Sequence record: PP400780
Source of the DNA: Escherichia phage FL18
Reading direction: 5' to 3' (one strand)
DNA: 64,000 nt
The stretch's first letter is position 1. The number at the start of each line of letters is the position of its first letter. The translations under genes were made by a program, and so were the position numbers. Of the stretch, positions 36,124-44,456 are shown piece by piece. A model generated the notes under the pieces. The model was not told the DNA's origin. It saw nothing but the letters and a program-made list of their open reading frames with translations, and searched no databases.

Positions 36124-36312
36124 ATGGACTTGATGAGTATGTTTGATGAGCCTGAAGTTGAGTCTCCTAAAGTGCATCGTAGTGAACTTGTTGATGAACT
36201 AGATAGTATTATACAACGTCATGGCTTTAGTTTACCTGTTGAAGCCCTGAAAGACCTTGCCTCTTATTATGACGACCCTCCACCATGGAGTCCTTGGAGT
36301 CCTTGGAAATGA
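36124..36312 (+). CDS. small acidic protein ending PPWSPWSPWK
   Basis: 62 aa from ATG 1 nt after upstream stop. Confidence 0.4.
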   Translation: MDLMSMFDEPEVESPKVHRSELVDELDSIIQRHGFSLPVEALKDLASYYDDPPPWSPWSPWK

Positions 36313-36473
36313 AAGAGAAATTGAAAGAGAAATTCTTACTAGAAATCAAGGAAAAAGACTTTGAGACATGGTATCGAATGGTGAAAGGGTTGACATTGCT
36401 TTTTAAAACATCCTTATTCATGTTAGAACAACCTGGCCCTGATGGACCTTTAGTAGGAAAGCTTAAAAAGTAG
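36309..36473 (+). CDS. small hypothetical protein (54 aa)
   Basis: ATGA-coupled ORF. Confidence 0.3.
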   Translation: MKEKLKEKFLLEIKEKDFETWYRMVKGLTLLFKTSLFMLEQPGPDGPLVGKLKK

Positions 36474-36502
36474 TTTACATTCCCTCCTCTCGTGTTATGA
36501 TA
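36474..36502 (+). promoter_or_regulatory. T4-type early promoter
   Basis: TTTACA then 17 nt then TGTTATGAT. Confidence 0.45.
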
Positions 36503-36528
36503 GGCTTATCTTTAAATGGAGGACTATC

Positions 36529-37110
36529 ATGACATGTCAATCTGAACTTCAAGAACGCGAATACCTAACAAATCTGATTGATAGCAAATTCACCCGCCAA
36601 GAACAAAACATTCTCTGGGCTTGCACCGATTCTAAGGAAGACCCGGATTTCCACTATGAATTAGACCATCTTGTTCGTAAGCATATGACTTCTACAGTAC
36701 CAATAGAACTCTACCGTGGTGTAACTCCTGAAGAAGTAGAACGTCTTTCCCTTCTTTCTGTTGGATGTCATTGGTCTCCTGGACGAGTAACATCGTTCAC
36801 AACTGATTTCAGTACAGCTCGTCAATTCTCTGGGAGTTGGGAATATCAGACGTACACTATTCTTAGTCTCAGGAATGCTCCATTCATTTTTGATTACTAC
36901 CAAAACATGATTAACATTGTACTTGCCGGAAAGAACCCTAAGCATGTTATGGAAGAAAAGCGTGTTGACGTCCTAGATATGATTGAATCTGAACAAGAGT
37001 ATATGGTCTCAGGTATCTCTAGATTTGAGATTGTGGAAATTGAAGACTTAGAATATGACCCTTTATCTCGATTATACAAAATCATTCATTTGAAAATGTT
37101 GAATTTTTAG
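36529..37110 (+). CDS. modB: ADP-ribosyltransferase, ModB-like (R-S-E class)
   Basis: 193 aa; LYRGV (Arg), FTTDFSTA (STS-like), EQEYMV (ExE); paralog of next gene; position as in T4. Confidence 0.65.
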   Translation: MTCQSELQEREYLTNLIDSKFTRQEQNILWACTDSKEDPDFHYELDHLVRKHMTSTVPIELYRGVTPEEVERLSLLSVGCHWSPGRVTSFTTDFSTARQFSGSWEYQTYTILSLRNAPFIFDYYQNMINIVLAGKNPKHVMEEKRVDVLDMIESEQEYMVSGISRFEIVEIEDLEYDPLSRLYKIIHLKMLNF

Positions 37111-37140
37111 TGTACAAACTCTACCGACGATGATACTATA
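37110..37140 (+). promoter_or_regulatory. T4-type early promoter
   Basis: TGTACA then about 18 nt then TGATACTAT. Confidence 0.4.
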
Positions 37141-37167
37141 CTTTTATCAACCAGAGGAGAAACCTAA

Positions 37168-37776
37168 ATGTTTATGCCATATAACGAGTGTGAAATTGAA
37201 GAAATGGTTCGTCGTGCTCAAAACCCCGAATATCAAGATGTATTGCAGTACGAAATTGATAGTCAATTCAGCGACATTGAACAAAGTGTACTGTGGCAGT
37301 GTATGGAAAACAAGCCAGACAGCATCCAACAAGATTTAAGTGCAATTGTTCGTAGAAATTGGTCGTCTTCTGTTCCTGAGACAATGTATCGTGGAATCTC
37401 TAAGAAAACTATGGCCACACTCGATGATAAAGGCATTGGTAGTATTATTAAATTTGACAGAGTAATGAGCTTCAGCCCAGTGTTCGGTGTAGCACGTAAC
37501 TTTGCTTCGTATAATTTTTACGGAACATTTAATATGTTCTGCATCAAAGATGCACCATTTGCTTTCAACTTCCGTGAACATATGCTTAACATGATTCTGG
37601 CTGCGCCATCTTGTGAGTTCAATGGAGCTTTCCCTGAAGCGACAAGACGGTCTAATGCTAGACTTATATCTGACGAATGTGAATTTATGCTCCCTATAGG
37701 GACTACACTGCGTGTAGATTCTATTATTCAAGATGGACGTTATACAATCTGGAATCTGTCTATTGTCAGTTACTGA
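37168..37776 (+). CDS. modA: ADP-ribosyltransferase, ModA-like (R-S-E class)
   Basis: 202 aa; MYRGI, MSFSPVFG, DECEFML motifs; paralog of previous gene. Confidence 0.65.
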   Translation: MFMPYNECEIEEMVRRAQNPEYQDVLQYEIDSQFSDIEQSVLWQCMENKPDSIQQDLSAIVRRNWSSSVPETMYRGISKKTMATLDDKGIGSIIKFDRVMSFSPVFGVARNFASYNFYGTFNMFCIKDAPFAFNFREHMLNMILAAPSCEFNGAFPEATRRSNARLISDECEFMLPIGTTLRVDSIIQDGRYTIWNLSIVSY

Positions 37777-37851
37777 CTGAATTGGAATAACCGGATGGAA
37801 CTCAGAACCATTATAACACATAAAAAATTAAAGCATTTTATGAAAAAAGAG

Positions 37852-37879
37852 TGTACACTACCTGAGGGCATGATATTAT
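37852..37879 (+). promoter_or_regulatory. T4-type early promoter
   Basis: TGTACA then about 16 nt then TGATATTAT. Confidence 0.4.
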
Positions 37880-37929
37880 AAAGCTTATCAGCTAAATGAC
37901 CTAACGTCCGTAAGACAGAGGAAAATATT

Positions 37930-38676
37930 ATGTTATCAAATAATAAAATTAACAAAATCAATCGTCGTCTTGACCACACCAGAGCTTCTGCGAAGAGACG
38001 CTCTAAGGATTTTAACTTAGACTTTAATTACCTTAAAAACATTCTTGATCAAAAGGTCTGCGCTTACTCAGGTGAATCTTTTAATAACTCTGTTGAAGGT
38101 GAGAAATTATCCTTAGAACGTTTTAATAATGATATAGGCTACATTAAAGGTAATGTTATTCCGGTTAAGAAAAAATATAACACGGCTCGTTCTGATTTAA
38201 CATTAGAAGAACTTATTGAGAAACGTGATGCCATTGCAAGACGTATCGCTAATCCTTCTGTCCGTAAAGTAGAGAAACTTAATCTCGACGAGAAGAAATG
38301 GGCCCAAATTAAAAAGGTTTATGATACTATTTTAAAAATCCGGGCAAAACGTGAAAATCGTGTTAAGCATATGGCGAACATGATGAAAAATCAACCTTTA
38401 TCTAACGAATCTAAACTTAGAATTGTTGCTTTGAAAGCACGCATTAATGGCTCACATCAAGCAGAAGGCCATGAACTTACTAAACTCAACGTTCTTCTTA
38501 AAGGCTCTGACTGGAAAACTAAAACTAAATTAACTGACGCTGAATCGCTTTTCGATACATATGATAAAGTTATCCAAGGTCTGCAACGTTTTGAAAAGAT
38601 TAGTTTCATTGGTAAATTAAAATTGAAACGTGGCTTACCACTTAGCGCATCATTATTCCAACTGATTAAAGGTTAA
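37930..38676 (+). CDS. Srd-like protein (by synteny); N-terminal HNH_3-like motif
   Basis: 248 aa between modA and dda; CAYSGESF...SLERFNNDIGYIKGNV resembles HNH_3 signature. Confidence 0.45.
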   Translation: MLSNNKINKINRRLDHTRASAKRRSKDFNLDFNYLKNILDQKVCAYSGESFNNSVEGEKLSLERFNNDIGYIKGNVIPVKKKYNTARSDLTLEELIEKRDAIARRIANPSVRKVEKLNLDEKKWAQIKKVYDTILKIRAKRENRVKHMANMMKNQPLSNESKLRIVALKARINGSHQAEGHELTKLNVLLKGSDWKTKTKLTDAESLFDTYDKVIQGLQRFEKISFIGKLKLKRGLPLSASLFQLIKG

Positions 38677-38678
38677 TT

Positions 38679-38990
38679 ATGGTTTATGTATATGCAATAG
38701 TTTATCGAGATATGGAAGGATTTACTGTCCCGGTTCCACTTGATGAGCATCGTCCTGCAGTATTTTTTAGAAAGGATATTGCAGATAAAGTTTTCGATAC
38801 TTTGAAAACACAGTATAAAACAGATTTAAAAATGGGAGTTCTAAGAATGGTCGAAACTCCGCGTAAGTTCTGGTTTAATAAGCTTGAAATGAAACACGTT
38901 AAACTAGATGCGGAGACGCAAAGATTGTATCAACGAATCCTGGACACAGGCCGTATTGTTAGTATTCCAATTGCAGGGACTTTACGATGA
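38679..38990 (+). CDS. hypothetical protein (dda.1-like position)
   Basis: 103-aa ORF. Confidence 0.55.
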   Translation: MVYVYAIVYRDMEGFTVPVPLDEHRPAVFFRKDIADKVFDTLKTQYKTDLKMGVLRMVETPRKFWFNKLEMKHVKLDAETQRLYQRILDTGRIVSIPIAGTLR

Positions 38991-40300
38991 CATTTGATGA
39001 TTTGACTGAAGGCCAGAAAAACGCCTTCAACGTTGTTATGAACGCTATTAAAGAAAAGAAACATCACGTAACTATTAATGGGCCTGCTGGTACAGGTAAA
39101 ACAACCCTTACTAGATTCATCGTTGAAGCCCTTATTTCTTCTGGAGAATCAGGTATTATTTTAGCGGCCCCTACACATGCTGCTAAAAAGGTTCTAAGCA
39201 AACTTGCTGGTCAAGAAGCATCGACTATTCATAGCATTCTTAAAATCAACCCAACTACATACGAAGAAAATGTATTGTTTGAACAGAAAAAGGTTCCCGA
39301 CTTAGCCTTGTGTCGTGTACTGTTATTTGATGAAGCGTCAATGTGCGACCGTTCTCTGTTTAAAATAATGTTAGCTAGTATCCCTAAATGGTGCACAGTA
39401 ATTGGAATCGGCGACCGATGCCAGATTCGTCCGGTAGACCCAGGCGAATCAACTGCGTATCTAAGTCCTTTCTTCACTCACAAAGACTTCGTGCAATGCA
39501 ACCTTACAGAAGTTAAACGTAGCAATGCACCAATTATTGATGTTGCGACTGACATTCGTAATGGCAAATGGATTTACGATAAAGTAGTTGACGGGCATGG
39601 TGTTCATGGATATACAGACCTTAAATCGTATATGACGAACTATTTTAACGTCGTTAAAACTCCTGAAGACCTTTTTGAAAATCGAATGATGGCATTCACA
39701 AATAAGTCGGTGGACAAGTTAAATTCAATTATTCGCCGAAAACTTCTTGAAACAGAAAAACCATTTATTAAAGACGAAGTCATTGTTCTACAAGAGCCAT
39801 TTACTAAGACATATAAGCTAGATGGTAAAAATATGACCGAAATGCTTTTCAATAACGGGCAATTCGTTCGTATTCGAGATGCTGTAGAAACGTCTACATT
39901 CGTTAAAGCACGTGGTGTTTCAGGCGAATATATGATACGATACTGGAATCTTACAGTAGAAACATATGGGGATGATGAAGAATACATCCGCGAAGATATA
40001 AAGGTTATTTCTTCTGAAGAAGAGCTTTATAAATTCAATTTGTTTTTGGCTAAGACCGCAGAAACATACAAATTTTGGAATAAAGGTGGTAAAGCTCCGT
40101 GGAGCGAATTCTGGGATGCTAAACGTATGTTCACTAAGGTGAAGGCACTACCGGTATCAACCTTCCATAAGGCCCAGGGTATGTCTGTTGACACGGCCTT
40201 TGTTTATACACCGTGTATCCATTATGCTGATTCAGAATTAGCTAAACAGTTATTGTATGTCGGCACAACTCGTGGTCGTTTTGACGTCCATTTTATTTGA
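38987..40300 (+). CDS. dda: SF1 DNA helicase Dda
   Basis: 437 aa; Walker A GPAGTGKTT, LLFDEASM Walker B; size and position as T4 Dda. Confidence 0.92.
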   Translation: MTFDDLTEGQKNAFNVVMNAIKEKKHHVTINGPAGTGKTTLTRFIVEALISSGESGIILAAPTHAAKKVLSKLAGQEASTIHSILKINPTTYEENVLFEQKKVPDLALCRVLLFDEASMCDRSLFKIMLASIPKWCTVIGIGDRCQIRPVDPGESTAYLSPFFTHKDFVQCNLTEVKRSNAPIIDVATDIRNGKWIYDKVVDGHGVHGYTDLKSYMTNYFNVVKTPEDLFENRMMAFTNKSVDKLNSIIRRKLLETEKPFIKDEVIVLQEPFTKTYKLDGKNMTEMLFNNGQFVRIRDAVETSTFVKARGVSGEYMIRYWNLTVETYGDDEEYIREDIKVISSEEELYKFNLFLAKTAETYKFWNKGGKAPWSEFWDAKRMFTKVKALPVSTFHKAQGMSVDTAFVYTPCIHYADSELAKQLLYVGTTRGRFDVHFI

Positions 40301-40309
40301 GAGAAAATT

Positions 40310-40987
40310 ATGAGCACTGATGTTATTATAGATTTTGAAACATTCGGCAATACATCAAAAGCGGCTGTTATTGACCTTGCGGTTATTGCATATAATTCAG
40401 ACCCTGAAGTTGTTGAATCATTTGAAGAACTTGTTCAACGAGGTAAGCGAATTAAATTTAATTTAGCTTCTCAAAAAGGGAAGCGAGTTTTCGCTAAATC
40501 CACTATGAAATGGTGGAAAGAACAATCAGCAGAAGCACGTAAAAACCTGGCCCCGTCTGAAGACGATGTCACTACGCTTGAAGGCATTAAAATCTTTTTA
40601 GACTATTGCCGAGCTAATAAAGTTGACCAATGGAAATCACAGATGTGGTGCCGTGGTATGAGCTTTGACTTCCCGATCTTGGTCGATTTGATTCGTGACC
40701 TCTATCGTGATGAAGGTGTTCTTGAACCAGATATTGATACTGATAAATTAGAACCTGTTAAATTCTGGGCTCAACGTGATATTCGTACGGCAATCGAAGC
40801 TTACTCGTTGACACGAGGAGTAAGTATGTGTCCATTACCGATGGGTACGCTAAAAGGATTCGTTGCCCATGATAGTATTCATGATTGTGCTAAAGATATT
40901 TTGATGTTAAAATATGCTCAGCGTTATGCGCTTGGCCTTGAAGATGTCCCTGAGAATCCTGACCCGTTAAGTGTAAAACAGCGATAA
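40310..40987 (+). CDS. dexA: 3'-5' exonuclease DexA (DEDD family)
   Basis: 225 aa; N-terminal IIDFETFG exonuclease motif; position after dda. Confidence 0.85.
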   Translation: MSTDVIIDFETFGNTSKAAVIDLAVIAYNSDPEVVESFEELVQRGKRIKFNLASQKGKRVFAKSTMKWWKEQSAEARKNLAPSEDDVTTLEGIKIFLDYCRANKVDQWKSQMWCRGMSFDFPILVDLIRDLYRDEGVLEPDIDTDKLEPVKFWAQRDIRTAIEAYSLTRGVSMCPLPMGTLKGFVAHDSIHDCAKDILMLKYAQRYALGLEDVPENPDPLSVKQR

Positions 40988-40993
40988 AATCAG

Positions 40994-41022
40994 TTTACAA
41001 CCAAGGACGGTTGGAGTATAAT
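40994..41022 (+). promoter_or_regulatory. T4-type early promoter
   Basis: TTTACA then 17 nt then TATAAT. Confidence 0.45.
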
Positions 41023-41053
41023 CTTTCTATCTTAACCAAACAGGAAAAACATT

Positions 41054-41548
41054 ATGAATATCAATACTACGGCTACTTACATCCTGAAAGACGAAAAACA
41101 AATTAACTGGTATGGTGCTTCAGTGCGAGCTTATGAAAAGTTTTGTGAAATTTTAGGTGCCACTCAAGGTAATAGTTTCACTATTGTTAACTTCATCAAA
41201 CAAGCTGAAGGCCCTTGGTTATTCTTAGAAATTAAAAATTCATATGGTACAATTTCTACTACCGCCCTTCCAAGCACCGACTTTGAACTGTTGATTGAAG
41301 AAGTAGAACCCGTTAAAGATATCTGTATTGATATGGATATCGCTTGTATGTACGGTACTCTGATTAAGCCTATTGAGCCTACTGATTTGTTGTGTAAAGC
41401 TGTTTCAATTCGACGTCCGTTCGCAGGTCCAGTAAATGGATGGGTGACTGATCAGTGGATTGAAGACGGTGTTGAACTTCTGAACGTTGTTCATGCAGGT
41501 GATTTTAGTGTAGTTCCACGTAGTGCTGTGGTTAATATCCTTAATTAA
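41054..41548 (+). CDS. hypothetical protein, member of three-gene paralog family
   Basis: 164 aa; C-terminal WIEDGVELLNVVHAGDFSVVP shared with next two ORFs. Confidence 0.6.
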   Translation: MNINTTATYILKDEKQINWYGASVRAYEKFCEILGATQGNSFTIVNFIKQAEGPWLFLEIKNSYGTISTTALPSTDFELLIEEVEPVKDICIDMDIACMYGTLIKPIEPTDLLCKAVSIRRPFAGPVNGWVTDQWIEDGVELLNVVHAGDFSVVPRSAVVNILN

Positions 41549-41550
41549 TG

Positions 41551-41580
41551 TTGTACATCCAAGGATGGATGGAGTATAAT
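41551..41580 (+). promoter_or_regulatory. T4-type early promoter
   Basis: TTGTAC then about 18 nt then TATAAT. Confidence 0.4.
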
Positions 41581-41610
41581 GAATTCAACTTAAACAAAGA
41601 GAGAAAAATT

Positions 41611-42075
41611 ATGATTACTATTGGTGAAATTAAGCGTGTATCAACTGCATCCCGTTCTAAAGCCGCAGGTCGTCTGGTTGAAGTTGTCGGACTTCGCACA
41701 AATGGCATGGGACGTATTAAAGAAGTTAAAGTTCGAATCATTCCTAGTTTTGGACGTCAGGATACTCAGTACGCTTACGTAAGTCCTAAATTCTTGGAAA
41801 CTCGTGTAAGTGCCCACTTTGCTTCAAGCGATATCGTTGAGCCTACTACACAGTTCAAATGGGCCCTTTGCAAAGGTGTTGAATTCCAGACTGATAAAGA
41901 ATTTGACTTCATCGATGAATACGGTTATCCAAGCAAAACTGATACTATGTGTGGCTTTATTAGTGACCAATGGGTTGAAGATGGTGAAAAGTTATACAAT
42001 ATCGTATTCTTAGGTGACTTCCGAGTTGTTAAAGAATCTGAAATCACTCGCTATGTGTCTCCTCGTAAAGCTTAA
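41611..42075 (+). CDS. hypothetical protein, paralog family member
   Basis: 154 aa from internal ATG; SRSKAAGRLVEV and WVEDGEKLYNIVFLGDF motifs. Confidence 0.6.
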   Translation: MITIGEIKRVSTASRSKAAGRLVEVVGLRTNGMGRIKEVKVRIIPSFGRQDTQYAYVSPKFLETRVSAHFASSDIVEPTTQFKWALCKGVEFQTDKEFDFIDEYGYPSKTDTMCGFISDQWVEDGEKLYNIVFLGDFRVVKESEITRYVSPRKA

Positions 42076-42084
42076 GGAATTATT

Positions 42085-42504
42085 ATGAATATTGTAAATC
42101 TCTCTACAGGTGATTACGTATATGTATCTGTTGCTTCTCGCTCTAAAGTTGCCGGGAAGTTGGTTGAAGTTCTTTCTGTGAGTGATCCGGTTTTTGGACG
42201 TAACGAAGTTAAAGTTCGTGATGCTGATGGTAACATTGGTTACGTTAAAAGCCAATTCATTGAACCAGAAGAAAAAGCGTTCAAATGGGGACTATGCAGA
42301 TCAGTTTCTGTTGAAAAAGACCATGAATTCACTATTGCTGCGGCAACTGATGGAACACCGTGGAAAACTAAGCAAATCGCCGGATTTATTAGCGACCGTT
42401 GGGTAGAAGATGGTGTTAAGCTTTATAACATCGTTTTCGCTGGTCAGTTCATGGTAGTTCCTGAATTCCAAATTAAAAAATATAGCCCAGCTGCTTTCGC
42501 ATAA
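42085..42504 (+). CDS. hypothetical protein, paralog family member
   Basis: 139 aa; SRSKVAGKLVEV and WVEDGVKLYNIVFAGQF motifs. Confidence 0.6.
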   Translation: MNIVNLSTGDYVYVSVASRSKVAGKLVEVLSVSDPVFGRNEVKVRDADGNIGYVKSQFIEPEEKAFKWGLCRSVSVEKDHEFTIAAATDGTPWKTKQIAGFISDRWVEDGVKLYNIVFAGQFMVVPEFQIKKYSPAAFA

Positions 42505-42509
42505 AATTG

Positions 42510-42538
42510 TTTACTTCTCCTCTGGTTTTGATATTATA
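42510..42538 (+). promoter_or_regulatory. T4-type early promoter
   Basis: TTTACT then about 16 nt then TGATATTAT. Confidence 0.45.
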
Positions 42539-42563
42539 ACCATATCAACCAGAGGAGAATAAT

Positions 42564-43088
42564 ATGTTAGTTTACCGCGTAGAACGTAGTTTTTGTACTC
42601 AACGTGAATCATTACCAGGAATTGCTATCGAAGACGGTAAAGCCGTCAGAATTTGGGAAACCTCTTGGAATAAAGAACCTCGCTCGCCATACGGTTGGTC
42701 GGGTGCCGACAACTCTGAAGAAACATGGGAGTTCCTTGATAAACATGGAATAATCTCAGGTAACTTCTACCATCACGGCGACAACTATAATGTCCCTAAT
42801 CGTCCTACAGTAAATGAAGACAAACTCCTTGAACAAAATATCTTAAGATACTATAGAATTGAGCACGCATTTGAATTGAGTGAAGATTGGGCTCAAGGGT
42901 TCTATTTTGGATTTGAAAGTGTTGACGCGGTTTATGCATGGTTTGATGACCAGGTGGATGTTGAACTCTTGAAAGCTAAAGGATACTACATCGCGGTCTA
43001 TGAAGCACCTGATTTCATCCTCGGAAGTTGTCAATTAATGTTTAGACGTTCATTGGCAGAACAAGTTGATTTTATTTTGCTAAAATGA
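42564..43088 (+). CDS. hypothetical protein (174 aa)
   Basis: ORF with GAGGAGAA RBS. Confidence 0.6.
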   Translation: MLVYRVERSFCTQRESLPGIAIEDGKAVRIWETSWNKEPRSPYGWSGADNSEETWEFLDKHGIISGNFYHHGDNYNVPNRPTVNEDKLLEQNILRYYRIEHAFELSEDWAQGFYFGFESVDAVYAWFDDQVDVELLKAKGYYIAVYEAPDFILGSCQLMFRRSLAEQVDFILLK

Positions 43089-43118
43089 TGTACAACAACT
43101 ATGGTCTATGATACTATA
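43089..43118 (+). promoter_or_regulatory. T4-type early promoter
   Basis: TGTACA then about 18 nt then TGATACTAT within GTCTAT..ATAGAC inverted repeat. Confidence 0.45.
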
Positions 43119-43145
43119 GACCTATCAAAACAAGAGGAGAATATT

Positions 43146-43373
43146 ATGAAACGTCAAATCATTAAAAACGTAACTACTGATTCAAACATCGATGAGTTTG
43201 AAGATGTTCTGTTTAATCCTGATTTAGTTGTTGTACAGAAAAACTGGACCGAATTTTTATGCTACACCGAAGTGGTTTACGTTTACGAAAAACTCGGCGA
43301 TGAAATGCCTATCTATGGTATCTTCCGTGAAATCACTGAAAATGGTACAACTTATTGGAAGGAAACTTACTAA
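43146..43373 (+). CDS. hypothetical protein (75 aa)
   Basis: ATG with GAGGAG RBS. Confidence 0.5.
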   Translation: MKRQIIKNVTTDSNIDEFEDVLFNPDLVVVQKNWTEFLCYTEVVYVYEKLGDEMPIYGIFREITENGTTYWKETY

Positions 43374-43783
43374 TGGCTAATAAATTCCGCGTTAACTCAT
43401 GGTACCAATTTATAGATAAACGTGCCCAAGAAGAGTTTATTAAAGACCACACTGATAATGGGATTTATTCACGACGTCTTGGCATGGAACCATTTAAAGT
43501 ATTAGATGTTGACCATCTTGGACGTCCTACTAAAATTGTGACATCTACTGGCACGGTTGGATATGCATCAGGCGGTGATATCCTTGATGAAAACTTTATC
43601 TGGCTTTCCACGAATGAAGCAGAGTTCTTTGACGAAGTTGAAAATCCGTATCAAGCGTCCGAAGAGCAAGATTCTGGTGAACTTGATGAATTGTCTGAAT
43701 TTCCGGCGATGACGATTACTATCGAAAATAACGACCAGGCATGGTCTTTGTATCAAATGTTGAAAGCACATTTTAAGGAATAA
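43373..43783 (+). CDS. hypothetical acidic protein (136 aa)
   Basis: ATG overlapping upstream stop. Confidence 0.55.
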   Translation: MANKFRVNSWYQFIDKRAQEEFIKDHTDNGIYSRRLGMEPFKVLDVDHLGRPTKIVTSTGTVGYASGGDILDENFIWLSTNEAEFFDEVENPYQASEEQDSGELDELSEFPAMTITIENNDQAWSLYQMLKAHFKE

Positions 43784-43785
43784 TA

Positions 43786-43965
43786 ATGCCGTTATACGAC
43801 TATAAATGCCAATCTGAAGATTGTGGACATGAATATGAAAAAATTAAAAGGATTTCTGAACGAGAAAACGATGTTTGCCCTGAATGTCATCGTCTGTCTA
43901 CTCGTCGGGTTTCTGCTCCTAAACATGTGAACGGTGGTTTTTACGACTTACTTAAGAAGGGTTAA
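43786..43965 (+). CDS. zinc-ribbon protein (FmdB-like, 59 aa)
   Basis: MPLYDYKCQSEDCGHEY...CPECH; two CxxC pairs; below ORF-track cut-off. Confidence 0.5.
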   Translation: MPLYDYKCQSEDCGHEYEKIKRISERENDVCPECHRLSTRRVSAPKHVNGGFYDLLKKG

Positions 43966-43967
43966 TT

Positions 43968-44393
43968 ATGGCTTTTAAAGGTTTTGAAGTTGGTAAGAAA
44001 TATCGTATTATCAAAGGACAGGAAGATAATTTCTTGAGAATTCTTAATACGACTGGTAAACGTCTTAATACTAATCTGCATACTACTTTATTGTCCAAAG
44101 ATTTTATTGTGGAAGAGATGATTGGTTACGGTGTTTCGGTTATTGCTGTAGAAGCCGTAGGCGATTATGGCCGAACTATTCATAGTATGCAAGGTGATAT
44201 TCTGCTTTATGGTGCAGAATTTAAATTCTTTGAAGAAGTTCCGGAACCAGATACAGCTGTCGATTTCAAAAAAGGCTCTATAGAATTTGTTGATGGTTCG
44301 GTGATCGTATCAGGCGATGTGGTCATTACAGTTAAAAGTGAACAAGGGCGTTTGGCTGCAATCGATACACTTCAGAAAATTAAATTTAAATAA
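43968..44393 (+). CDS. hypothetical protein (39.x-like position)
   Basis: 141-aa ORF ending at terminator hairpin. Confidence 0.6.
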   Translation: MAFKGFEVGKKYRIIKGQEDNFLRILNTTGKRLNTNLHTTLLSKDFIVEEMIGYGVSVIAVEAVGDYGRTIHSMQGDILLYGAEFKFFEEVPEPDTAVDFKKGSIEFVDGSVIVSGDVVITVKSEQGRLAAIDTLQKIKFK

Positions 44394-44411
44394 GGGCTTC
44401 GGCCCTTTTTG
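44393..44411 (+). terminator. intrinsic terminator
   Basis: AGGGC-TTCG-GCCCT followed by TTTTT. Confidence 0.55.
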
Positions 44412-44434
44412 CTTTAGATTTCGGATGATAGAAT
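44410..44434 (+). promoter_or_regulatory. MotA-box middle promoter upstream of gene 39
   Basis: TGCTTTA box about 19.5 nt upstream of TGATAGAAT. Confidence 0.45.
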
Positions 44435-44456
44435 ACCTTCATAACGAGGAGACAAC

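Noticed and set aside
37336-37821. 161-aa ORF on the - strand
   Set aside because: Antisense to the modA-like gene; Cys/Arg-rich translation typical of reverse-frame artefacts.
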